The notes beneath the pieces were generated by a model. It searched no databases and was not told where the DNA came from. It saw nothing but the letters and a program-made list of their open reading frames with translations. The position numbers and the translations under genes were made by a program. A stretch of DNA of 64,000 bases from NCBI GenBank assembly GCA_001643675.2, contig LSRY02000061.1:248001-312000 (forward strand). Reading direction: 5' to 3'. Of the stretch, positions 47,201-59,352 are shown piece by piece. Source of the DNA: Monocercomonoides exilis PA203. Its lineage: Eukaryota > Protista > Preaxostyla. Positions within the stretch are counted from its first letter, which is position 1. Each line of letters begins with the position of its first letter.

Positions 47201-50200
47201 TCCTCCCAATTCTGTTTTGTTCTCGTCATGTTCCAATAACTTCTCAGAATCGAATGAAAAACCGCTTCCAACTGCGTCGATGCTGATGACAGAAGGGAAA
47301 CCAACTCCATCGAAGCATTTGTACAACAAAGCGTTTCTTTCGCTTTCTTCATCTTCGAATTCATCTGCTCTGAATTGTGTTTCATCGATGGTTTCCTCAA
47401 CATCAAATGCCTTAATTGAGTTATCTCTTGAAAGCTTTGAATTATCAAAAGCGTTTTCTTCTTTCTTCTTTGCTTCCCACAAAGGAAATCTAAACAGTGG
47501 CTTGGCAATTCTTTTTCCTTCCTTGTTGACAGACACCCACTCGTTTCCATTGCACAATGAGACATCTCCGTTTGCCATCAGAATAGCCACAGCGCCTGTG
47601 TTGAGACGCACAATTGTTGTACCCATCCCTCTGATTATACGCTCTACTTCATACGGTGCTGTGAGAGAAGAAGATGATGAGGAAGAAGATGATGATGAAG
47701 AAGATGATGAAGGAGGAGGCAAAGACGAAGATGAACCAGGGCGAGAAAGTGAACTTGTGGACAAAGAGCTGCTTGAGCGACTGACAGAATTGCGCTGCGA
47801 ATTCGGCTGAGAAGAATCTGAGCGAGGAGATTTGCTGAGCGGTGGAAGTACACCTGATCGCACAGACATTGGCGTTGAGTTTCTTCCATCCTTCTCTCTT
47901 TTGCCCTTCGCGTCTTCCTCTTCATCTTCGCCAAAGACAGAGAATGAAGCAGGGGTGAATGAGGCTGCTCGCTCTCTGTTGAGTGTCATCTCCATTTCTG
48001 GTGACAGTTTCCAATCGCGCAACCTCGAGAGTGTTCCCCAGTTGACAGTATGCTTTCGACTTTTGCGTTTTGGATCGAGATTTTCTTCGTCTTTACATTT
48101 GGATTCTGTTTTGTCTTGGTCATTATTATTGTCTTCATCATCAGCATCAACAAGATCTTCAAGAAACGGATTGAAATCTCCAGTTCTTTCTCTCTTTTCT
48201 CTTCTACTACTGGAACAGTTGTTGCTGTTGTTATTATCACAAAATTCATCATTGCTCTCCATTTCGTCTCCTTCCAAACAGAAATCGGGTTCTTCCAATG
48301 AGCCCAAAAGGTTGTTATCCTTCAAAATTGTATGAATTTCTTTTGCAAAACATCTTCGGAACACTTCTGCTTCTTCTTCCGTGATTGCTTCGACATCGGT
48401 TGTACTGAATCGAAGAGGAGCAAACTCATCAATCACTGTGTCGGTTTCGCTTTCTTCCTCTCCTTTTCCATTTTGTCCATGTTGTGCGCGATCTTTGCCT
48501 TTCTTTGTGTCTTTCCCTTTTTTAGCAGACTTTATTCTTCTTGTTCCCGATTTGCTCTTCTTTTCAATCGGAGATTTTGAACCATCTTCTTTCGAATCAT
48601 CAGCTTCTCCCTCTTTTCCTCTTTTTGCAATTCTCGATCTCTTTTTCTTTGGTGTCTGTAGATTGTCACTTTTTACTTCCTTTTCGCTTCCTCCAAATCC
48701 AAAGGCATCATTTTCTTCATCCATATCATTGCCTGTTCCTTCTCCTTCTGTTTCTTCTGAACTCTCTTGCTTTTTCTGTATTCCATGCACCATTTCTCCC
48801 TTTCTGTACATCAATATACCTTCTTTTCCCTTCTCGCACGCCATTTCCCTCGCAGCTTGAACAAAAAGCTCACACTCTTTCTCCTTTCTCTTCACCAATT
48901 TCAGTGTCTCTTCCTCGTTTTTCGCTTTCATTAGCATTTCGCCAATGCCTCTTCCGAAGATCGTGCTTCCTTCTCCACTGGGAGGACAACGCGCAACACG
49001 AATTGTACCGTCGTCGCTATTCATCGAAACAACAAGTCCGCTTCGTGTTGAGTAAGTCACTTCGAAGTTGAGTGCTTGTGATGGATTGCTCACTGCAGGT
49101 GAGGATGTTTGAGAGGATGTGACAAGAGTGGTATAATGTCCCATGCTCAATGAAGATGGATCAGATTGAGCTGTTGATGGAGATGGCAGCGTCTGACCAG
49201 GTTGGGATAAGCATCTCATTGACGCAGCTGTCTTATCATTGAAGGTGGCAACATGAGATGGAGGAGAAGTGTACAAAAGAGGAAGATGTTGGGCACTGTT
49301 GGAAAGAGGATTGTCTGTGTTGAAAGACATTGATGAGGAAGAAGATGAGGAGTTGGAAGCAAATGGAGAAGAAGGGAAGTATGGCGATGCTGAATTCATT
49401 GCAGATCTGATAGAGATAGGTGAAAGCAATACTGGCATTGGTGAGGAGGAGGAAGATGAAGCCGAAGAAGACGATGACGATGACATTGGAATTGAAATTG
49501 GTGATGAAGAATTGAAAGGAGTAGGTGTGACGGAATATCCACTTCCTTCGCTATTAGAGCCATATCTTCCGTCAGTCAATGCAAGCGATTCTCTGATTGG
49601 TTGCACTTTTGCCCGCAGAGAGTGTGGAATGAGAGGGCGGTGGATGGTGGCAATAAACATCGACTGAAGAGCAGAACGCAGAATGCGTCGCAGCTGAAGA
49701 TCGATATCGCTCAAAGGCACTTTTGGCAGAAGCATGTTTGGTGACAGCTGATTTGCGACGAATCCTGATTTGACTAAGTCGTGAGTGTCTGGACGGACGG
49801 AAGGTGGAACGTCAATGCGAGGAAGTGAAGATGATGAAGTGGAAGGAGTGGAAGAAGAAGAAGAAGTTGAAGAAGAAGATGGTATAACAGGAGTTGAGGA
49901 AGAAGGTTGAGATGACGTCTGAGGAGCAGGAGATGGAGAAGAGGAAGAAGTCGTTGACGGAGTTGATGATGATGTTGATGATGATGAAGAGGAAGATGAT
50001 GAAACAGCAATTGATGAATGACCCTGATCATCAGCATTTGAAGTGTCCACAGAGACAGATTGTTCTGACTGATCGACACGATAAGGCTTTTGTGTCAAAG
50101 GTTTTGATGGACCTATTTGATTGCTGATTCTGTCAAGAATTTGCTGTGCTTCTTCGCACAAATAAACAGCAAGGCGAGTCGAAGCAGAAGAGAAATATTG

Positions 50201-53200
50201 GTTCATCACTGACACAATCAGAGGTGAATACTCTGAAAATGGCGATGGTGAATAAAGTTGGTACTTATCTGAACCAAAAGAGGAGGAAGAGGAAGAAGTT
50301 GGAGTGGAAGGACGTGATGGTGTGGCTGATATTGATGCGGCAGACATGTTCAGTAGACTGTTTCTGCTCATTCGCATTCGATTTATTGCTGAAGAAGCAG
50401 GAGCTGCTGCAGATGAAGAAAGAATAGCATCATTGTTGTCTGAAGACAGTTTGGAGCTGATTGCAATTGTTGTCATTGGCTCTCCTTCATTTTCTGTTTT
50501 CCCACCGCTCTGTCCACTTTTTGCTTTGTCTGCAGCATCAGAAGAAGAAGAAAATGATGGGACTGTCGTTGAAGGCGAAGGAGGAGCAAAAGGAGCAAAA
50601 ATGGAAGACGATGGAGCTATCTGTTTGTGTGCTTCTATCAGCGATTGAAGTGCTGTTGCATAGCTCATGTTGACAGCACCCAATGGAACACTGTGTGAGA
50701 TTTCATCCAAAGAAGATAGATAGTTTTGGACAGCTTGAGAAGAAGCAGCAGAAGCGGTGAAAGGAATTTGAGAGGGCAAAAGAAGAAGAGAGGAGAGAAG
50801 AGAACTGTATGAATCATATCCCTCAAAGGAGCCTCCTTCTGAATCTGCAGCGCTTGTCAACGAAGAAGCAGAAGAAGCAAGAGCAGACAAAGCGTCGTGT
50901 GCAGTAAGCAGTTTGAATGGCGCCTGCACCATCGGAACAATACATCTTCTGCTCATCGAAAACACATGTCCTCTTTCATGTATACCAGTGATTCTGATCT
51001 CCAATGAGCTTCCCACTCTGTCCATTGCTGCCTTCACCATCACTTTCTGCCTGGGCTGTGCAAACGAAGCAAACTGCTCCACAAGCCACGGCTTTTCCAT
51101 GTCTGTGCAAGGCGGATGCGGTGGATGGGCAGACGGAATGAGAGGAAGAGGGCGAAGCGCTTTTCCTGATTGAATCGCGTCTTCAGTCAGCGGAAGAGGA
51201 GGCAAAGTGAATGTGTTGGATGAAGAAGACACAGAAATTGCGGAGGAATCTTTGCCTTCTTCTGCTCCTGATTCAAGTGCTGGTGACTGTGAAGGCGTCT
51301 GACTTCGCTTTGAGGAACCAGAATGTTGTTGAGACTTTGATGAAGAATGCGTTGAAGTCAGCGAAGACGTTGACGATACAACAGAAGATGACAAAGAGAT
51401 CGAAGAAAGCGGGCTTCCTGATGCTGCTTTGTCTCTCTGAATGAAACAAGCAGCTGTCTGATACGGTGCATTCTTCACGAACTCATCCGGCGGCTGAGCA
51501 CTCACCACAACCTGCTCTTTCTTCTCTGTTCTGCTCATTTTCTCCTTCAGCCTCGCATCCCACTCATCAAACGATGGATATGTTCCGAACTCGTATTTCC
51601 AGTAGCTTCTGTCAGGAAGTCCGTTGCCTTCTTTGTCTTGCACTGGGCCGATGGAAAGCAAGAGCGAGTCTTCTGGGCGGAAGTAGCGTGTTCGGATGGG
51701 AGGATCAAAGAGAAGCAGATGGGAAAGGATCTGAGAGAGCATGAAGGGAGTGTGTTCTTCCACGACTGTGTATTCGCAGGGATCGACAAGAGGAGAGGAG
51801 AAGGTGGCACGAATTGTCGATGGATGGAGCGAAGACACAGAAGAACTGGAGCCATACTGTGGAAGTGAGGAAGATAATGGAGTGAAGGTGGGGAAGTTGG
51901 AGGAAAGGAGGTTGCTTGCTATTGAATCCTGTTGAATAGAAAAATAGAAAAAGAATGTTAAATTTACAAACAATTAAAAAAATATATCAAAATGTCTTTA
52001 ATTAAAAATAGCTAAGAACACACTGATGGAGTATGCATCCCCTGTCTCTGCCCCGGAATAGCTGATGATGGAGTAAGCAAATTACTCTGTTGACCAGAGC
52101 TATTTCCAGAGTTTGTTCTTCTTCTTTCACCTCCTCCGGCTGCTCCTCTTCTTCCATCACCTTTAGCTTCATTCACTCCGTCAGTAACAGCACTGCCATC
52201 CCAACGCGAACCAGGTGGAAGCGAACTGAAAGTGATACCGTTTGTATTGGAAATCAAGTTTGTGAGAGCCATCTGCTGTTGATGCTGCTGCACAGATAAA
52301 GGCAGAGCAGCTGAGAACGAAGAGGACGAAGGTGTTGTCGAGTGGCTCTGGAAGTTTGAGGTTGTTGGGCTGCTGAAATAGTTCAAATAAGAAGGCAGAT
52401 TCGATCTGTCCACTGTGAAAATGAAGGAACCAATGGAAATGCTGGTTGACTTGTCTGTTTCTGTTGGCAGGAAGATGTGAATGTTTGGCTGAGACTGCTG
52501 AGATCTGTCTTTGTTGCCACCGCCATATCCAGCCAAGATATTCGGAGGAGCTGTTGATGAAAGGTTGTTTGAAGCATCAGGCAGGAACTCGAGTTCAGGT
52601 ATGAACTGTACACCACCCGTGGATACGTTGCTTTGAATGTAGAAGTTGTCCTGTTTGTCTGCATCGCACGCCAGCATCTCCGAAAACTGGGCGCACAGCA
52701 GCACTCGCATCACAGCATCGTCGTCCATCACCTGCTGCACAAGCTCCAATGGCACATAACTGAAGAAGTCGCGTGTTTCCGCAAAGGATCCTTCCACATC
52801 AGAAAGAGAAAGCGAGTCAGATGGAAGGAAAGACGCTGGAAAAGAGCGTTTGGTAGCGGCTGAGATGTTCTGATGTTCGGCTGTGGCATATTTCATTGTC
52901 TTTGTCATTGCGATGATTGCCTCTCTGACAGAATGAATGGTGTTGTGCTGGGCACAAAACAGAGAAAGGAAAGAAGACATTGCATATGACGATGGCACTG
53001 CTGGAATGGTGAACATAAATGAGGAAGGACCGGAAGAAGAAGCAGCCTGAGCAGAAGACATACCAGGCGAGAGTGTCATTGGGATTTTAATGAATGGATC
53101 TGAAAGAACGTCATTGGTCTTTCCTGAAGCATTCATGCTGCTTCCACCAGCACCAGAAGCAGATCCACTTCCTCTGCTTCTTCCTTCGCCTGCTCTACCC

Positions 53201-56200
53201 TTCCCTTCAAAATCTCCGCTGTTTGTTCCTGTCAGTGTTGCCATCATCGATGCTGCTTTTTGCTGTAATTGCTTTCTCTCTTTCTGTCGTTCTGAATGCA
53301 TGCGGTGGAAGTTGAACGATGAAACAATAGGATTCAACGCTTCCATCAGAGAAGAGTAAATTCTCGAATATCCAATCGAAATCGTGTTCTCATCAATCAG
53401 CGTCTGTGCAGCTGCATTGAACGATGCATCATTCCCATCTGCCTCACCTCCCTGTCTCTGTCCTTTGATTGCCACATTTGCCTCTCCTGTTCTTTGATAC
53501 TGCGACGAGGGAGGGGCAGTTATGGCAGCAGTGGCAGCTGCTCTGGTCTTGGCTGCTCGGCTGCTGTTGGACTCGCTGCCAGAAGATTTGGATGTTGCAG
53601 ACAGTAGAGAATGCGCTAATAACTCGATGTCGCGGCTGAGTGGGAAGAGGAGAGGATACAACACAGATGAACACAATGGAGCAAATGATAAGGATGCACC
53701 TGAAGAAGTTGACGAAACAGCATTCGGAGCAATCTGCTGTTGCATTGTGAATGAAGATATGTAATTGCTTATTGCAGTACCACCGCCACTCAAAGAGAGA
53801 ATGTGAGGAACTGTAACGATTGGAGCATACACAGGAAACCGTGGGCGATTATTGGCACTTGACAGCGAAGAGGAAGAAGTTGAATTCGAAGATGAGGAAG
53901 ATGAGGATGAAGAGGAAGATGAGGATGATGATGATGATGATGATGCACTTGAAGAAGAGGAAGAGGAGGTTCGATGAGGAGAGAAAGTGACAAGAGTCGA
54001 AACAGAAGAGAATGGCGAAGACGAGTCAATAGGAGACAGACCAGATGAGCAGCCAGCAGCAAAAAGCCCAGACGTATTCTGATCAAACAAGGCTCTTCCA
54101 GAAGAAGAGGAAGAATTAAAAGGATTTCCCAAAGAAAAGCTGGACGAAAGAGGAGAAGGCGAGCTGAAGGATGACGAAAAAGCAGATGATGAAATGAATG
54201 AAATTGGAGAGTTGTGAAATGAGCCTGGTGTTCCAGGAGCAGATGTGGGGTCGTAGAAAGATGAGCCAGGTGTTGAAGGACGATGGAGAGCAGGTGTATG
54301 TGGAGTGGATAAAGGAGCAGAAGAAGAAGAAGATGATGATTCGTTCTTGTTGTCCAGCAAAAGCTGCTGTCTGACGTGTGCTACGATGGGCGGTGTAGGT
54401 GTGGCGAATGATAACGCAAAAGCGATTGATTCAGAGGAAGAAATCGGCTGAGGCTGAAGAGTGTGCACAAGTGCTGTCTGTTCAAGTGCGTGGTGGATAA
54501 TCACCAGATGCGGGGAAAACGACGAGTTCATTCCAGAAGATGCGCCCATCAGCATCCCAGTCAGCCCGTAGATCGACATACCTCCTCCAGCACTGCCTCC
54601 GCTGCTGCCCATCCCGCCAAAGCCAGCACTCTGATTAGACAGCGAGCCAGATGTAGTGATGACCGATAGAAGAGAAGCAAACAGCCCAAGAGAACGAGAA
54701 TGCTGTGAAACAAGCAAAGTGGGAGGAGAGTTCAGATGTTTCAAACGGCGCGACTGGAAAAGCATAAGTGCAGTTTCGAGTGCAGATGAAGAGATGTTCT
54801 GAAGAGATGATGTGGAAGAGGAGTATGAAGAGAAATTAATTGAAGGTGGATCAGAAATAGATGATTTTTGAATGGCCTGAAGCGATGAAGAAGAATGAGC
54901 ACCAGAATTGTGTGCGTCCAGTGGCATGGCTGAAGCGGACTCAGACGACGCTGATGAAAGCTGAACATTTAACATCTGATGACTTCGTTGGAGTGAAGCA
55001 CGATCAACAGAACTCTGCTGCCTCTTCAGCATTCCTCTCATCTGCTGCAGATTCACTTTCTTTGACGATGGCAACACTTGAGGTGTAAGTGGCACTTGAG
55101 CTGAAGAAGAAGAAGATGATGATGATGCTGTAGGAGTTTGTGAAGATGAAGCTGATGTGGACTGTACATGGCTCAGAGGAGGAGGGCGAGAAATTACTCC
55201 CTTTTGAATTAACCCTCCACTCTTATCGTTTATTCCTCCTCTTCCTTCTCCTTCTCCTCTATCGCTGTTTCTCTGACTACCTCCTCTAAAATTGCTCGGA
55301 GGCTTCAGCAGGAACTTCTTGAAGGCAGACGTCGTATTTGCACACTGCGCCATCAAAGCAGACTCTGCTATTGCTGCTGGAGACGGAGGAGCTGGAATAT
55401 TCCCTCCTATGCCTCCATCTCTTCCGCCCAACATAAATCCGCCTTTGGAGCCTGCGTTTGATGAGCCAGTGCCAGTCAGCGTCATTGTCGGCCTGCGCGA
55501 CATCAACAGCGACGAATTACTTGCAGTTCCGCTCACGCCGATCCTCCCGTTGTCTCTTCCCCAGCTGCTCATTCCACTTTTTCTGTCAAACTTCAAATGC
55601 AGCATCCGATCAAATGCAGTGTCCAGCATCGTTTCCAACCGCCTTTGTTCGTCGTCTCTTCGCTGCCTTTCCATAAAATCAGTAGACACTGTTGAGACTG
55701 CAGGTTGTGCATTAGATTCGGTAGACGACTTGAAATAGTCTGAAGAGGCAGCAGAAGATGAAGGCGATACTGGAGGCTGCAACGAAGTGGTGGAAGCAGA
55801 TTTTGTCATCATACCCATCGATGACGCCGCAAGCACAGTGGAAGCAGGTGCCTTCATAGATGCTTTGTTTGCTCTGATTTCCTTTGCTGTTTGTCCAGCC
55901 TCGAAGACAAGCTGATCAGAAAGCGAATGGACAATCAATTGCGGAAGAAGGCCGATGTCAATGTCATTCGAAATTGGAGCTGTACTGGAAAAAGAAGAGA
56001 TTGATGAAGAATAAGAAGACTGCTTACGAGCAGATGAAGAAGAGGAGGAAGAGGAGGAAGAGGAGGAAGAGGAGGAAGAGGAGGAAGAGGAGGGAGATAC
56101 AAAAGTCACATTAGACCTTTGAGTAGCCATTGGGGTAAAGCTCCTTCTTGTCTTTGTTGCAGCAGACATTGCTCTTGAAGAAGAAGATGATGATGCATTT

Positions 56201-59200
56201 GATGATGACTGAGATGCTCCGGAAGTTTCAGAAAAAGAAAACCATGTTTCGTATCCGGCAGATGTTGGCTTTGGTAAAATTGGTATAATTTCCCCGCTTC
56301 CTCCTCCGCTTCCGCTGCTACCTCCTGCTTTCTCCTGAAAAGTGTTCATTGCTCCAAAAGACGAGTGTGGGTTGAACAGCAGCGTCAGCCTCTCCATCGT
56401 CCTCTTGTATCTTCTCATATCCATCGATATCTCTCCATTCAAATGCGACTCTTGCGAATTGTGCTCAAACTGATTCAGACGAAACATTTCAGTGAAGTTT
56501 GATCTTTCTCCGTTCTTAAAGAATGCCACTTCGTTGTCTCTTAGCATCCCAAAGTCGATCGAGTCTTTCATTCCACTCTCGTCCCATTCGCCTTCTGTAC
56601 TGTCTTCTCCTTCACCTCCTTTGTTTATATCTGTGCTGCTCCCTCTTTTCCCTTTTCTTCCTTTCTTTCCACTCGCCAGCCTTCCCTTTTTGGGTGAACG
56701 CGATGCCTTTTCACTGTCTTTCTCTTTTGTAGCAACAGATGTTGCAATTGTTGAAGTCGATGATGCTGGAGTTAATCTTTTTCTTCCCTTTTTCCCTTTT
56801 TTCTCTCCGCTAGTTGAAGAAGCGATCTCAACAGATTCATTCAGACTTGTTGGAATAGCTGTGCGGCTCGATACAAACGGCGATGCATTTGCAGATTCTG
56901 TTCTGTCTGATCCGCTGCTGTTTGCCTGCTCGTCTTCATCTGCCCCTTCTCGCTCTCTTCGCCCGTTCTCCTTCGAATTGGCGTCTTCGTTCAGATTTTC
57001 GTATTCCTTCGGGTTGATCCTCACGTCGTCTTCTGCATTGACATACAAATGGAGTGGGATGTCCTTCTTTATTGTGTCTCTTTTAGTCTTCTTTCTCCAC
57101 TCTTCAAAAAGACATAGACGAGAAACATAACCTGCAACAGCCAGATGCATTTCTCTCAGCAAAGTGACTCCGTCTTTCGGTAAATACAAAAGAGGAGGCG
57201 GAACAAAAAAGTTGAAATAAGGAAGAGAAGGAGGAACGGAGAAAGGAGATGACAAGGGAGACGAAGAATAAGCTGAAGAACCTGAATGAGAGTGTCCGAG
57301 AAGAGAAGAAGGCTCAAATGGAGTGAGTGTGGAGAATGAAAGAGACAATGGATGTGTTGGGGAGTAAAGTGGAGGAGGAGGCAGAAACATCTGCTGGTTG
57401 TAGATTGGCCCCAAAAGAGAGATGCGATGAATTGCTGGCAGTAGAAGAGGCTGATATGGGGGCTGTGAAAGAAGAGGAAGAGAAGGTGCAAGATTTGTTA
57501 TCACAGACAAGCCATCAGGATTCTCATGTGATTGAGTTGTCGACTCTTCGACGGAAGACGATTGGTCTGTTTGAGGCAAAGCAGCAACAGAAGATGCTGT
57601 TGGCAACACGGCCTGAGACGATTGGGGAGTCGGAGAAGCCGAAGGAGCTGGAGACGACACGGAGCTTTTTGACTTCTTTCTTCGCATTGGAGGAGAAACA
57701 GAAGAAGCAGAAGATGAGGAAGTGGATGCAACTGCTAAAGAAGGGACAGCAGAAGAGTTTGTGAGCGAAGAAAGAGGAGACGATGAAGATGAAGACGAAG
57801 ACGAAGCAGCAGAAGAAGAAGAACTCAACAGGCTAAGTGTTGAAAGAGGAGGCAGATGAAAAGACGGATAAAATGGCACTCCGCCTAATATTTCAAGGAG
57901 GAACACGTTTCTGAATGGAGAAGTTGGCGAATCCACAAGAACAGGGCGAAACATAACAAGCGCATCAAAAGCAGATAGAAGTTGTGGAACAGGCGATGTG
58001 CTTGGATTGGACCGGAGGGCAAGAGAAATAGAAGACAAAGTCAGGGGGGATGAAGGGGAGGTCGAAAGAGTAGATGAAGGTTGAGATGTCTGAAAAGACA
58101 ATGGAGGTGGTATCTGCACAACTGAGTCAATGACTGAAGCCCCGATCGTTTGAGGTGGAATTACAGGCAAATGAAACAGAGACTCTGCAAATGGTGAAAC
58201 GGAGTATTTCTGAACACTACTTGAATGGGATGAGTCTTTTTCATTCTCTTTTTCTTTCCCTTTCCCTTTTGCTTTTGTTTTGTGCTTCTCTTTTTCTGCT
58301 TCTTTTTCTTTTTTAGCTTCATCTTTCGATGCACTTTCCTTTTTGTTTTTGTCTTTTCCGCTTTTGCTTTTATCTGAAGTAACTGCATCTTTTTCATCGC
58401 TTTCAGCTGAAAGTTGAGCAGAAAGTGGATTGTAGATTGTTGAATACGTTGTTGTCGTTGGAAAAAGAACAGAGGACATTGAACACGATAAATGAGAAAG
58501 ATATTCTTGTGATGCAAAAGGAACAGAGCGAATATTAACAATTGCTCCGATGGTTTGGTTTATCATGAAAAGTTGCTGTTGAAGTTGAAGAAGAAAGCGA
58601 AGATTGTCTGGAATTCCAGTGATAACAAGGAAGTTTTTTGGATATGACTGAAAATCTGGAGCATCATCTGGATCTGGTTGAAGTTGAAAATTCATTTCGT
58701 TTCTTTGCAAGACAACTGAACTTTGAAGATGTGCCTGTGACTTGGAAGTTTTGCTGTTTCTTCCTTTCAAAGCAGATGATGGTCTTTTTTTCTTTTTAGA
58801 AGTTCCCTTATCTTCGCCTATAGGTTTTAAGGGTTCTGCTTGCTTTGAACCTTCGGCTTTTGATGGCAAAAGTTGCTCTTCATTATTTGTTTGTTCGGAC
58901 TAAATTTCAATAAGGAATATATAAAATAATTCTAATTGATAATAATTTCATACATCTTCGTGACACGTCATCAACTTGCGATATTCATGCTGTATAGCTT
59001 GGATGATCAATTGAAGAATCAATGTTTGCGTTATTTCCACATCTTCGTTGGAAATACTGTTGCTATTTTCTTCTTGATGCGCCTGAATAAATGACAGATA
59101 ATGCTTAAATAAATATTTAATTATGAAGATTGATTAATGACAATATCAGCGTACATCACGTATTAAATTTGCAACTGAAACATGTGTGTATCGAAGTTTT

Positions 59201-59310
59201 AATCCTGAATCTATAGCTCTGCCTATTTCAGGTATAATTATTTGGTCTCCAATGACCAAAATAATAAACTGTCTAACCGGTGTTACGGCAGTTTGAGGAA
59301 AAGAAAACAT
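38201..59310 (-). CDS. SPAG17: SPAG17/PF6 homolog (flagellar central-pair C1a projection protein), ~6,960 aa, 4 exons
   Basis: Exons 59310-59155, 59082 (or 59103)-58954, 58899-52024 and 51928-38201 join in phase 0. SPAG17-like blocks occur in the expected order: FIILVIGDQ, DDAPD..FLVITG, DMRRYKR, PQLIVHSLSDQLV, EVERIIRGMGTTIVRLNTGAVAILMANGDVS, TRADHVMVIQH..RLVHHADGTR, PRMFVIRADRSGFEL, then a C-terminal PapD/ASH-like domain PNVLHFGEL..IKNCGEDSERFFV..VAPGLTVELTVE. Family assigned from recalled motifs. Confidence 0.82.
51929..52023 (-). other. 95-nt spliceosomal intron joining ORFs 52012-58869 and 38201-51973
   Basis: Donor GTGTGT after ...HTPS; AT-rich body with pyrimidine tract; acceptor CAACAG|GAT TCA; phase 0. 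Confidence 0.85.
56042..56090. repeat. (GAGGAGGAA)n microsatellite encoding poly-Ser on the - strand
   Basis: Five perfect 9-nt units, 56042-56086. Confidence 0.85.
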
Positions 59311-59352
59311 TTAAACTTCTGATCTTTACACAATAAATAAATTTAGAATTTA
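59311..59352. promoter_or_regulatory. Very short (42 bp) AT-rich divergent intergenic region; putative bidirectional promoter
   Basis: Lies between the predicted ATG of SPAG17 (59310, -) and the ATG of the RluA gene (59353, +). Confidence 0.5.

Noticed and set aside
38201-58869. Two separate giant hypothetical genes, as listed in the ORF track
   Set aside because: A clean phase-0 intron joins them and SPAG17-like blocks continue across the junction; the second ORF has no ATG start and begins with intron-like sequence.
399-58869. Alternative genetic code (TAA/TAG = Gln, known in some oxymonads)
   Set aside because: ORFs of >4,000 codons are open in the standard code, and genes end in TAA at the expected C-termini.
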